From the NCBI GenBank assembly GCA_964016885.1, contig OZ024761.1, positions 4,030,001 to 4,094,000 on the forward strand: a stretch of 64,000 nucleotides of DNA. The letters run 5' to 3'. Positions 1-13,119 of this stretch are shown here, piece after piece; within the stretch, counting starts at the first letter, position 1; each line of letters starts with the position of its first letter. The notes under the pieces are model-generated. The model ran no database searches and had not been told where the DNA came from. It worked only from the letters and a program-made list of their open reading frames with translations. The translations under genes and the position numbers were made by a program. This DNA is from Eledone cirrhosa. Taxonomy: Eukaryota.

Positions 1-1725
1 TCTCACCACTCTCTCAAATACCTTAATGATATGAGAGGTGAGTGAGATTGGACGGTAATTCACGGCAAGGGATTTGTTTCCCTTTTTGAAAACTGGGACA
101 ACAGACTGGGATAGAAGGTTTTCTGGCACATATCCAGCATCCAGTGAGTTCCGCCACCGATTGGCAAGAGGAGAAGCAAGTTGGTGTTGACACGCCTTCA
201 AGACACAAGCAGGGAACCTATCGGGACCTACTGCTGAATTATGCTTGATTTCCTTTATTGCCGCTAAGACATCAGGGGCGCCAAACGTTATGTCCGATAA
301 GGTGTAATGGGGAGTAACATCGCCGATACAGCCCAGATCGGCCATATCAGGATTGCTGAAAACAGAGCAGTATTGTTTCTGCAGTATCTCACCCATGGTT
401 TTAGCATTGTCTTTAAGAGTGCCATTTTCATCAATTAGAGGGCCAACAGTAGAGCCAGTGATTTTGTGTTTTTTTGCAAATGAAAAGAACACTTTGGGAT
501 TGAGTTTGATCTTCTCAATGGCCCAGGCCTCTTCAGCTCTTCTGATTGTTGATGAGGGACATTATGTTGTTTTGGAGGTTATGTTTTTTAATCTCTAGTG
601 ATGAAATGGCAGTCAAGTTGATGTGTTGCTGCTGACAGTATTTCAGCTTGTTGATTTTTTTGTTCGTTCTCTTAATTTTTCTGATGAGCGTTTTTCTATT
701 GCTAGGGATTCTGCTCTTAGATTTGTTTATAGTTCTTAATGGGGTGTGTGTTGCACATATGTTTGTAACAGTGTCCACAAATGTCTGCCAGGACTTTTTG
801 ATGTTAGTGGGTGTATGAGTGTGCGTGAAGGACCAGTCGACATGTGCAAGATCATGACTGATCGCTTCCCAGTTTGCATTGTGGAAATCCATAGCGTCAA
901 ACGGATGGAAAGGAGAGATGACATTGGGTTTGTATATTGGATGGTGGAATCTCAGATCACAGAGAACCATGTCATGATCAGAGAGTAGAGTTTTCTCCAC
1001 TGCAATATTGTGGATATTGTCAGTGTGATTGCTGAAAATTAAGTCTAGGACGTTTTTGTGGCACCTCGTTGGTTCGAGCACCAGTTGGGATAGGAAGAAA
1101 TCATCCATGAAGTCAAGAAGCGATTCCACTGCTTCCCTGTCAGAGGTTGAGGCAGAAGAACCTGGTGGCAGGCTGTTTGTGGACCAGTCAACTCCGGGGA
1201 GGTTGAAGTCCCCCATCATTAAGATGTTGTCAGGGTGACACTCTTGGATGAAACACTTTATGCTGTTGAGGCATTCCTTGAAGCATGGTACAGGCGTTTG
1301 GGGTGGCCTATAGAGCCCAACTACTATTAGGTTGTTGGTTTGACTGAATACAGTGACTGCTTCACAGTATCCATTAGTGAATATGTTCATAGCCTCTGTT
1401 GAGAAAGAATTATGGACATAAATGGCAGTCCCGCCCTTTCTTCTGCCAGCGCGATCAGCACGGATGGCTTTGAAATTTTTCACTTTCACCTCGGCTTCCA
1501 AGTGGAGGTTACTGAGATGGGTTTCAGTGAGGACGAAGAAAGGGATGTGGTTTGGATGGACATCAATCCAGTCCTCCAGGAATTTGATCTTCCATTTTTG
1601 AGTATTGGTGGAAGGGCTGATGCCTTGGGCGTTAAGCAAAAATGTAGAGGCGAGAGTGGATGGTTTTAATTGTTTTGGTGTGTTGTTAATTTGTTTGTTT
1701 GTTAATGGCAGCAATGGGAGTTTGT
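1..1725 (-). mobile_element. CR1/Jockey-group LINE, degenerate ORF2 (APE endonuclease, linker, start of RT), runs off window start
   Basis: LTETHL, GGTAIY, GLYRPP, MGDFNLP, LDLIF, SDHD motifs; after frameshifts SAVGPD and VVPVFKKGNKSLAVNYRPISLTSHIIKVFER (about 130-10). Confidence 0.88.
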
Positions 1726-1840
1726 GCATATATATATATACATATATATATGTATATATATGTGTATATATATATATGTATATATGTATATATATATATG
1801 TATATGTATATATGTATATATGTATATATATGTATATATA

Positions 1841-4800
1841 AACAATCCTAACCTTCCAGCTAGCTATCCAACACCCCTCCCACCCGCCCCCACACACCAC
1901 CGTTGTTATTACGTGGACCAATCATAAGCCAGAGGCCTATACTATCGCTTGCCTTTCGATATATGATGGATGGATGGACTGCGGAATCCTGGAGAGTGGA
2001 AGGGAGAGAAAAATCTGGACGCTCAGCGAAAATGCCAAAGTTAAAGACAAATTCACCTCGTGGACGAGAATGCGAGCACTCCTCTTTGTTTCGACCGCGG
2101 ATGGCTAACATAACCCCATCTCCCCCCGCCCCCCACCGCAATCCAAAACTTCAGAGCTGGTACCATAAATGTAGGCACCCTAAAGGGTCGCGCTAACGAG
2201 GTTGTAGAAATGCTTGAACGTAAGGAGGTCGATGTTTGTTGTATTCAAGAGACCAGGTGGAGGGGTGGGTCTGCTAGATTCATTGAGGGTAAAAAACGCT
2301 GTTATAAGCTTTTCTGGGTGGGAAACGACGATGGGCTGGGTGGAGTAGGAATCATGGTAGCAGAAAAGTGGGCAGATAAGATAATAGACGTAAATAGAGT
2401 GAACGACAGAATAATTAAATTACGACTTGTCCTCAATAGAACTACGGTGACAGTAATATCTGCGTACGCACCCCAATCCGGACTGCCCGGCACTATAAAA
2501 GACAGATTCTATGAGACACTGATGCTAACTACCTCCCAAATATCCGACAGTGACTATATAATTATCGCAGGCGACCTAAATGGTCACGTTGGACAACATT
2601 GTGACGGCTACGACGAAATCCATGGAGGCTATGGGTTTGGTACTAGAAATGAGGAAGGCTCCAGAATCCTGGAATTCTGTGATGCAAATAACCTAACTAT
2701 CTGTAACACTAACTTCAAAAAACGTGACAATCACCTGATCACCTATAGATCCGGGGAACACACAAGCCAGGTAGATTATATCCTTACCAGAAGACGTGAC
2801 AGAGTGTATGTTGTAAACACTAAATCCCCCCCCCCCCCCATGAAGAATGCACCTCCCAACATAGACTGATAATTAGCGACCTCATAGTCAGGACGAGACG
2901 TACTCGACAGCAGAAGAGGACTATCCTCAGGAGAAAAATATGGAAGCTAAAGGACCCCACAGCCAGAAATAAATTTCAAAGCATATTACTTGATGCTTTC
3001 GACAGTAAGGAAGAGCATTTACAGTCGGACAATATAGAGGGACAGTGGGAATTCCTGAAGGCAAACCTGCTGATGGCGGGAGACGAAGTCTGTGGCTGGA
3101 GCAGGTCTGTAGGCAGGAGGAGAGTAACATGGTGGTGGAACAGTAAGGTGGAGGGGTCAATTAAGGCCAAAAAGCAGGCTTGGAAAGTATGGCGGGATGG
3201 GGGAAGTAGAGAAGACTATCAAGTGGCCAGGAGGGAAGCTAGGAGACAAGTGTACTTCGCAAGAAGGGAAGCAGAGGAAAGAAAGTTCAAGCATGTTCTA
3301 CAACGCGAGGACCAAAAACGTGAGGTGTTCAGGATTGCTAGGCAATGTGTCAAGGAAAACCGTGATATTGTCGGGGAGAAGTGTGTACTTAATGATGACG
3401 GCGTACTTGCCATCACCGACGCTGATAAGAAGGTAGCTTGGAAGTGTCACTATGAAAGGCTACTAAATGAGGAGAATAAATGGGAGTAAGACAGTCTCCC
3501 CACATCGACCCAATAGAGGGACCAGCAGTGTTAGTCGAGGGTAGTATAATAAGTAAGGCAATCAAGGGTATGAAGACGGGTAAGGCAGCTGGGCCTTCGG
3601 AAATAGTTGCTGAGATGCTGAAGGCATCTGGTACGGTGGGACACACCATGGTCACCCGGATAGTTAACCAAGTCGTACAGAATGGGGTCGTACCGAAGGA
3701 CTGGCGTAGCAGCATCAACGTTAACTGTTATAAGGGTAAAGGAGATGACCTAGATAGGAGTAACTATAGAGGCATTAAATTAATCGACCAGGTCATGAAG
3801 GTCACGGAAAAAGTAATAGCGCAACTAATCAGAGAGAGAATTGACCTAGATGAAATGCAGTTCGGGTTTGTGTCAGGCAAAAGTACCACAGACGCTCTTT
3901 TCATTGTACGACAACTACAGGAGAAGTACCTAGCTAAAAGTAAACCCCTCTACTTAGCTTTTGTCGACTTGGAGAAAGCCTTCGACAGAGTCCCCCGTTC
4001 CATTATCTGGTGGGCTCTTAGAAAACTAGGTGTCGACGAATGGCTTGTGAGAGCTATACAAGCCATGTATAAAGAAACAGTCAGCAAGGTTAGAATTAAC
4101 AACGAATATAGTGAAGAATTTAGCGTAAAAGTTAGCGTCCATCACGGCTCTGTTCTCAGCCCCCTACTATTTATTATTGCCCTTCAGGCTATAACAGAGG
4201 AGTTCAAGACCGGCTGCCCATGGGAACTCCTATACGCAGACGACCTAACACTCATAGCTGAATCAATGGCCGAGCTAGGGAAGAAATTCCAAACATGGAA
4301 GCACGGCCTAGAATCAAAAGGCCTTAAAATTAATTTGGCTAAGACCAAAGTTCTAGTTTGTAGGAAAGAAAATAAGGCGGCGGTCCCTTCCGGGAAGTGG
4401 CCATGCTCAGTGTGTAGGAAAGGCGTAGGTAGAAACTCCATTTTGTGTCAGAAATGCAAAGTATGGGTGCATAAAAGATGTAGTGGGATCACAGGTAAGC
4501 TAACTAAGAACATAGATTTCACATGTGGCCGGTGCTCTGGTGCAATAAGTAGCAGCAAGTGCCCACAAAATACTAGCTCTTTCAACTGCGCAGAGGGCTC
4601 TATAGAAATAGTGGACAGCTTCCGTTACCTGGGTGACAAAATCAGCAGTGGGGGAGGGTGCTCTGAAAGTACACTAGCTAGAGTCAGAACTGGATGGAAA
4701 AAGTTCAGAGAGCTTATACCACTATTAGCCGCTAAAGGGTTCTCCCTAAAAATGAAAGACAGTTTGTATGATGCCTGCATACGAACAGCAATGTTGCATG

Positions 4801-5565
4801 GCAGTGAGACCTGGGCATTGTGTGCAGAGGATATACGCAGACTAGAGAGGAACGAAGCTTGCATGCTCCGCTGGATGTATAATAGTAATATACGTGAACG
4901 GCAAAGCATAAACGAACTAAGGAAAACATTAGAAATAAGAGGGATCAGATGTTGTTTACTCGAGAGAAGGCTACGTTGGTATGGACACGTGATGCGCATG
5001 AAAGTCGATAGCTGTATAACAAAGTGCAGGGCAATAAAGATAGACGGTAGCCACGGAATAGGCAGACCTAGAAAAACCTGGGACGAGCTGATAAACTCCG
5101 ACCTCACACACTTACACCTCTCCAAGACAATGTCACTGGACCGAGACCTTTGGCGGTACTCAGTAATAGAGAAGACCCGCCTTACCTAAATACATAGTAA
5201 AACCTACTACAGTCAGTAGGCATCTCTAACAAAATACACCCCCGCCCCACCACATCCACACCGCCCCCTTCTATGTAAAGTTGTGTTGGTGCCACACCAT
5301 CCAGGGCGAAACAAATGAGATCGTGTGTGTCACGACAAAAAAACACACAGTCCACGCTGTAATGTGGCCGTGTAGGCAACACGGTAAAAACCTCCCAGAC
5401 CAACACTGTAAATGTGGTTGGTGTTAGGAAGGGCATCCAACTGTAGAAAACCTGCCAGACAGTCCTATGCGAGCAAGACAATCACTCTTGCCTCAAGTGG
5501 GAAAACCCCCCGTCCAAACCCATGCAAGCGTGGAACGCGGACGATAAACGTTGATGATGATGATG

Positions 5566-5567
<2 letters not shown>
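1841..5567 (+). mobile_element. Near full-length RTE-clade LINE (APE-RT-zinc finger) with (GAT)n tail, disrupted ORF
   Basis: IQETRW, SAYAPQ, GDLNGH, DLEKAFD, LLYADD, RLRWYGHVMR, GRPRKTW; frameshifts near 2130, 2830 and 3490 plus TAA at 3487; tail 5553-5567; (TA)n on both sides. Confidence 0.95.
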
Positions 5568-5616
<49 letters not shown>

Positions 5617-5812
5617 CGATATTAATAAATGGAAACTATATTTATAAAACCATATTTATTTCATTATACATATTTCAGGGATACCAAATCAAAATATGGC
5701 ACGCCTTCATCAGACAAAATACAATATATATTTATATCAGTTATAAAATATTTACTTGTTGTATCCCAACAATTTTAAATAGAACTTTTACATATGTATA
5801 TATATATATATG

Positions 5813-5868
<56 letters not shown>

Positions 5869-5951
5869 CATATACATATATATATACATATATATATATA
5901 TACATATATATATACATATATATATATATATACATATATATACATATATAC

Positions 5952-5998
<47 letters not shown>

Positions 5999-6027
5999 CA
6001 TATACATATATATATATATACATATAC

Positions 6028-6073
<46 letters not shown>

Positions 6074-6158
6074 ATATACATACATACATATACATATATA
6101 TATATATATATACATATATACATATACATATATACATATACATATATATATATGCATA

Positions 6159-6218
<60 letters not shown>

Positions 6219-6333
6219 CATATACATATATATATATACATATATACATATACATATACATATATATATATATATATATACATATATACATATACATATA
6301 TATATATACATATATATATACATATATATATAC

Positions 6334-6364
<31 letters not shown>

Positions 6365-6516
6365 CATACATACATATACATATATATATATATATATATA
6401 CAATAAAGTATGTCCATAGAATCATTTGATAAGATATATGTACATATTTATATATTTATATATATATATATATATACATATATACATATACATATATATA
6501 CATATATATATATACA
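5568..6516. repeat. (TA)n/(TACA)n microsatellite with embedded insert
   Basis: Direct reading. Confidence 0.95.
5657..5721 (-). ncRNA. Minimal type I hammerhead-like motif, family A
   Basis: TATTTTGT-CTGATGA-stem II-GAAA-TATGTA-TA-ATGAAATA. Confidence 0.6.
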
Positions 6517-6610
6517 TGAAGTAATTCCGTCGGAAAAGTCCAGGAAAAAAGAGTGCTCTATGTAGGTTACAGAGCTTAATAGTTATGTAATAAACAACAT
6601 AAGATAATTA

Positions 6611-6671
6611 TTTCATTTACCAGTGGTTTCTTGAAAGCAAAAGAAATTTGCTTTCAGTCATCAGAATGAAA
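6611..6671 (-). ncRNA. Type I hammerhead-like motif, family B
   Basis: TTTCATT-CTGATGA-C-TGAAAGCAAA/TTTGCTTTCA-A-GAAA-CCACTGG-TA-AATGAAA; GUA site. Confidence 0.7.
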
Positions 6672-6815
6672 AAATCCTGGTGTATTTATTGACAGTGGAT
6701 TTTAAAAACAAAAATATAATCTATATGAAAGTGAGGCTGGAAAAGGAAGAAGGAAAGGAAACAGAATAAATATAAAAGTAGATAAATGCACACACACACA
6801 CACACACATATACAT

Positions 6816-6856
<41 letters not shown>

Positions 6857-7214
6857 GATTAAAGTTTAAGCAAAGAATCGCTGCTTTCACCCTTAACGTA
6901 ATTGTTTTTCACCGCTCCTATTAATGACGTATTATTCGTTTTTTCCCGTTCTTTGCCAGCGAACGTTACCACGAACCAACGTATCGTCTTCCTGTCTTCC
7001 TCCGGTTGCAACGTTTTTTGAAATATCCAGTTCTGCGTTTACAGATTGACTTTGTTAGTTTCAGAAGATCCCGTTAAGGGTGAAAGCAGCGATTCTTTGC
7101 TTAAACTTTAATCTGTTATTTTAATAAATATTTGCTCTACGGTTCTTATATATTTGATATATATTTTCCTTATCGAGCCCTCTTTGGATTTTATTCTTCA
7201 ATTTTATTATTATT

Positions 7215-7275
7215 ACTATACACATATACATATATATATACACATATATATATACATACACACTTATATACACAT

Positions 7276-7306
<31 letters not shown>

Positions 7307-7363
7307 CATACATATATACATACATATCCATACATACACATACACACAAACACACACACATGC

Positions 7364-7394
<31 letters not shown>

Positions 7395-7689
7395 TATAAT
7401 CATACATATATACACACATACATATACATACATACATACACACATATATACACGCATACATACGCACACACATATATAGATATATGTACATACACCTACA
7501 TACGCACACACACAATTAATTATAAGAAGAAAAAAATAATAATAAAAAAATAAAAATAAAAATAAAAATTATTTTAAAGTTGACAGCGATACAGGAGAGG
7601 ACACAAATAAATAAACACACGTGGTAAGCAATACACACATACATATAAATATATACATACACACACACACATATACATATATATATATG

Positions 7690-7733
<44 letters not shown>

Positions 7734-7790
7734 TATATATATACATGTATATACATATATATATATACACATATATATATATATACACAT

Positions 7791-7823
<33 letters not shown>

Positions 7824-7860
7824 AGAAAATACATAAATATTATATATATATATATATATA
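7215..7860. repeat. TA/CA compound microsatellites
   Basis: Direct reading. Confidence 0.9.
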
Positions 7861-8339
7861 AAAACAAAAGGGTGGAAGGGGTAAACAAATAGTTGGGAAT
7901 ACGACAAATAAATAAATAAATAAATAAATAGATAAAGGTATAAATGTTTATAGCTGATTCAGAGCACTCAACAAGTTCCTAGAGAAAATAATCATTAAAT
8001 CACTCTGTATGTAATTATGCATACAGATATATATAAAATTATATACACACACATATATATATATAACCACACATATACAGATATACACAACACATACATA
8101 CACACAGAAATAAATATCTATAAATAAAAAAGGTGGGCATGTAAAGGGTAAGGTAGAAAGTAGGGGGAATAAGGAAAATAAATAACATAGGAAAAAGTTT
8201 AAATATAAGGGGAGATAAGGGAGAAAAAGAATATAAGAGTACAGAAAGTGAGTTCAGAGAGTAATAAAAATCGTAGTGGATGTAAGGTGTAGAGGGCAGA
8301 TAAGAAGTTCAAGGTGGTTGAGTTATCGTAGGAATGTCA

Positions 8340-8712
8340 ATCCAGTTACAGATCAGATGTGATTTCAGGTGAGGACTACATCTTGGAGATCTCTGTCTTG
8401 GAGTTCAGGCAAGTTGAAGTGGCTTTCAGGTTTTGTAGAATCCTAAATTTTTCAGTGGTACATAAAGAACAATTCTTTGTGCCTCTTTGGTACTCCCTCA
8501 AATGGTCTAAAATAAACCAATCGATAGAGTACGGGATGTTTTTATCTTTGAATTCCCACACCATATTTGTGAGAGCCGTTGCTGTTCTTTTATCAGAGTG
8601 TTTAAAAGAAGCGACATGTGCATAAAACCTGGTTTTGAACCAACGTATTGTTCACTCCTGGCTGGCTGGTTGTTAATTAAAGGTGTCACTTTGGCCTCAT
8701 ATACAAAGGATA
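8340..8712 (-). pseudogene. Penelope-like element GIY-YIG endonuclease remnant
   Basis: VYEAKV..QYVGS, frameshift, RFYAHVASFKH..ALTNMVWEFKDKNIPYSIDW.IL..CSLCTTEKF.IL..LNSKTEI. Confidence 0.8.
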
Positions 8713-8739
8713 AATACATATGTATATATACATATCAAC

Positions 8740-8982
8740 AAACCCAATTCTCAGCCCATACATAACAACATACAATCTGTATTGCGAAACCGGCACATAG
8801 GAAAGCATCAAAATGTAACTGTCACTTACCGGATAAGTGCCCACTACAAAATAGATGCCTGGAGTCAAATATAGTGTACCTATATACTATAAATTCAGGC
8901 AACTTAGCATGGCACTACATAGGTTCTACGGCAGGGGAGTTCAAGAAAGGGTGGTACGTCCACAGACACTCTATAAATAACC
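8740..8982 (+). pseudogene. Second, divergent Penelope-like GIY-YIG remnant
   Basis: KCNCHLPDKCPLQNRCLESNIVYLYTI..HYIGSTAGEFKKGWYVHRHS. Confidence 0.8.
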
Positions 8983-9678
8983 ATGGGCATGCCTACAATG
9001 TCAGAAAACAGTACAGCTCCCGTGACTTTCAGAAACATTTTTTCACGCTCAGAGTTGCTGAAGCATGGAACAAACTACCTGCATCAGTTGTTAGCTGTCG
9101 AGACACTGCATCCTTTAAAACCTCCATGGAACAAACTACCTGCATCAGTTGTTAGCTGTCGAGACACTGCATCCTTTAAAACCTCCATGGAACAAACTAC
9201 CTGCATCAGTTGTTAGCTGTCGAGACACTGCATCCTTTAAAACCTCCATGGAACAAACTACCTGCATCAGTTGTTAGCTGTCGAGACACTGCATCCTTTA
9301 AAACCTCCATGGAACAAACTACCTGCATCAGTTGTTAGCTGTCGAGACACTGCATCCTTTAAAACCTCCATGGAACAAACTACCTGCATCAGTTGTTAGC
9401 TGTCGAGACACTGCATCCTTTAAAACCTCCATGGAACAAACTACCTGCATCAGTTGTTAGCTGTCGAGACACTGCATCCTTTAAAACCTCCATGCTTCCT
9501 GAAATTCACCAACACTATACCTGATATTCCCCTCCATACACACGCAATCATGTATTTCATAACTCATACACTGTTCACTTATCTGACATTTGTACATTAT
9601 TCTATGTATTATACATGCACCTTTGATGAGTTGTCGTGCACCTGAGCACTGTACACAATAATTTCATTATATTATTTT
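8983..9678 (+). mobile_element. CR1-type LINE 3' end with an internal 61-bp segment amplified 7 times (9064-9490)
   Basis: GHAYNVRK..KHFFTLRVAEAWNKLPASVVS..SFK typical of CR1 C-terminus; ATT-rich tail. Confidence 0.8.
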
Positions 9679-9734
9679 ATGAAAAGGTGATAAAAACATC
9701 ATCATCATTTTGTTAATAATAATTGTTTTAATTT

Positions 9735-10020
9735 TAGTTGGTGACACAATAGAAAGCACCCAGTCCACCCTGAATGTGGTTGTGTTGGTGACACGATAGA
9801 AAGCACCCAGTCCATCCTGTAATGTAGTTGAGTTGGTGACAATAGAAAGTACTCAGTCCACCCTATAATGTGGTTGTGTTGGTGACACAGTAGAAAGTAC
9901 CCTGTCCACCCTGTAATGTGGTTGTGTTGGTGACACAGTAGAAAGTACCCAGTCCACCCTGTAATGTGGTTGTGTTGGTGACACAATAGAAAGCACCCAG
10001 TCCACCCTGTAATGTGGTCA
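9735..10020. repeat. About 48-bp minisatellite derived from RTE/SINE 3' sequence
   Basis: Unit GGTGACACAGTAGAAAGTACCCAGTCCACCCTGTAATGTGGTTGTGTT. Confidence 0.85.
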
Positions 10021-10170
10021 TTTTGTTGTACCTAATCCACGCTGTAAAGTGGTTGGTATTAGGAAGGACATCTAGCCATAGAATCCAAACCAAAAAATTC
10101 TGTATGAACATGGTCACCTGATCTGACCTGACTCCTCTAACCCATGCTAGCATGGAAAATGGACATTAAA

Positions 10171-10532
10171 TGATGATGATGGTGGTGGTAATGAAGGTGG
10201 TAGTGGTGTGATGATGGTGGTGGTGGAGGTGATGATGGTGGTGGTGGTAATGATGGTGGTGATGGTGGTACTGATGGTGATGATGGTGGTACTGATGGTG
10301 ATGGTGGTGGTGATGGTGATAATGATGATGGTGGTGGTGGAGGTGGTGGTGATGATGATGATGGTGGTGGTAATGATGGTGGTGATGATGGTGGTGGTAA
10401 TGATGGTGGTACTGATGGTGGTACTGATGGTGATGGTGGTGGTGGTGGTGGTGGTAATGATGGCGGTGATGGTGGTACTGATGGTGATGGTGATGATGAT
10501 GATGGTGTTGGTGATAATAATGAAGGTGGTGA
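10171..10532. repeat. (GAT/GGT)n expansion from a retroposon GAT tail
   Basis: Follows GGACATTAAATGATGAT. Confidence 0.85.
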
Positions 10533-11094
10533 AGTGAGTACAGAAGCTACTGAGCTGGGGTACATCCCACATTCCTGTGGCTCCAGCACTAAGAAAGTTG
10601 TCGAGATTTTGACACAACTGAACAGTCCTTCAGATAGTTGGCAAGTTTTCTGCAACTGGAAACCCTGCTTTACCAATAACTTTACAGAGCGTACTGGGTG
10701 CAATTATTATGTTACCAACACAAGAGAGGTTGTTGTGCTCTCGGCACAAATAAAAGAAACACACACATACACATACACATACACAGAAACCACCACCACC
10801 AAAAGAAACACACATACATACACACAGAAGCCATCACCATCAAAACAAATGCATACACACATACATATACACACACACAGAAGCCATGCCATCAAAAGAA
10901 ACACATACACACATACCCCCCCCCCCCCACACACACACACAGAAGCCATCAAAAGAAATTATGACGAAACAGTTTTTGTTTTTGTTAAGATTTTTACTGA
11001 AATTCTTTCCACATAAAATTTATCACATCAACGTTTAAGCAATTGTGGGAAGACAACAACAGTGAATGAAGAGAATTACAGGGTACCAGGAAGA

Positions 11095-11505
11095 TACTGG
11101 GGGAGGCACAAGGCCATACAGTTTGGGGGCAGGAGGCGAAAGTCGATTCAATTGATACTAGTACATTACTGGTACTTCAGTGGGATTTGAACTCAGAATG
11201 TTAAAGGACGTAACTATGCTGCACAGCATTTTGTTCAGTGCTCTACCAATTCTGCCAATCCACAACCTTTAAAGGATAATAATAATAACAATGATTTCTA
11301 GTATAGGCACAAGGCCAGTAATTTGGGGGGAGGGGAAAGTCGATTAAATTGACCCTAGTACATTACTGGTGCTTTATTTTATCGACCCGTAAGGATGAAA
11401 GGCAAAGTTAACCTCAGTGGATTTGAACTCAGATCATAAAGGGCCATAACTCTATGCTGCAAAGCATGGTGTCTGATGCTCTACCGATACTGCCAAACCA
11501 CCAAC
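11095..11505 (-). mobile_element. Tandem tRNA-derived SINE copies
   Basis: B-box GAGTTCAAATCC and central AACTTTGCCTTTCATCCT..GGGTCGATAAAATAAAG on minus strand; AAT tails. Confidence 0.7.
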
Positions 11506-11693
11506 AGAGGATGCAGCCTTCCCCAAGGTACCAATATCTCTACCCCGTGTAATCAGGGGCTATGGGTTGGACCTGGTTATTACAAGCTGAAACCAAGACA
11601 ATAATAATAATAATAATAATTTCTAAGGTCAGCAATTTTTAATATTCAGTTAAATTGATTTCCTAGTCTTTGACTAGCTTTGGTTGTTCTGAG

Positions 11694-13119
11694 AGGTGAT
11701 AGAATATGGTACCATAGTGATAGGTGATAGAATATGGTACCATAGTGACTGGTGATAGAATATGGTAGCATAGTGACAGGTGATAGAATATGGTACCATA
11801 GTGACTGGTGATAGAATATGGTAGCATAGTGACTGGTGATAGAATATGGTAGCATAGTGACTGGTGATAGAATATGGTACCATAGTGACTGGTGATAGAA
11901 TATGGTACCATAGTGACTGGTGATAGAATATGGTACCATAGTGACTGGTGATAGAATATGCTAGCATAGTGACTTGTGATAGAATATGGTAGCATAGTGA
12001 CTGGTGATAGAATATGGTACCATAGTGACTGGTGATAGAATATGGTAGCATAGTGACTGGTGATAGAATATGGTAGCATAGTGACTGGTGATAGAATATG
12101 GTACCATAGTGACTGGTGATAGAATATGGTACCATAGTGACTGGTGATAGAATATGGTACCATAGTGACTGGTGATAGAATATGGTAGCATAGTGACTGG
12201 TGATAGAATATGGTACCATAGTGACTGGTGATAGAATATGGTACCATAGTGACTGGTGATAGAATATGGTACCATAGTGACTGGTGATAGAATATGGTAG
12301 CATAGTGACTGGTGATAGAATATGGTACCATAGTGACTGGTGATAGAATATGGTACCATAGTGACTGGTGATAGAATATGGTACCATAGTGACTGGTGAT
12401 AGAATATGGTAGCATAGTGACTGGTGATAGAATATGGTACCATAGTGACTGGTGATAGAATATGGTACCATAGTGACTGGTGATAGAATATGGTACCATA
12501 GTGACTGGTGATAGAATATGGTAGCATAGTGACTGGTGATAGAATATGGTAGCATAGTGACTGGTGATAGAATATGGTACCATAGTGACTGGTGATAGAA
12601 TATGGTAGCATAGTGATTGGTGATAGAATATGGTACCATAGTGACTGGTGATAGAATATGGTACCATAGTGACTGGTGATAGAATATGGTAGCATAGTGA
12701 CTGGTGATAGAATATGGTAGCATAGTGACTGGTGATAGAATATGGTACCATAGTGACTGGTGATAGAATATGGTAGCATAGTGACTGGTGATAGAATATG
12801 GTAGCATAGTGACTGGTGATAGAATATGGTACCATAGTGACTGGTGATAGAATATGGTACCATAGTGACTGGTGATAGAATATGGTACGATAGTGACTGG
12901 TGATAGAATATGGTACGATAGTGACTGGTGATAGAATATGGTACCATAGTGACTGGTGATAGAATATGGTACCATAGTGACTGGTGATAGAATATGGTAC
13001 CATAGTGACTGGTGATAGAATATGGTAGCATAGTGACTGGTGATAGAATGTGGTACCATAGTGACTGGTGATAGAATATGGTAGCATAGTGACTGGTGAT
13101 AGAATATGGTACCATAGTC
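11694..13119. repeat. 28-bp minisatellite, about 51 units
   Basis: GGTGATAGAATATGGTA(C/G)CATAGTGACT. Confidence 0.97.

Noticed and set aside
5412-7907. Long YI/IY-rich ORFs
   Set aside because: Translations of TA/CA microsatellites
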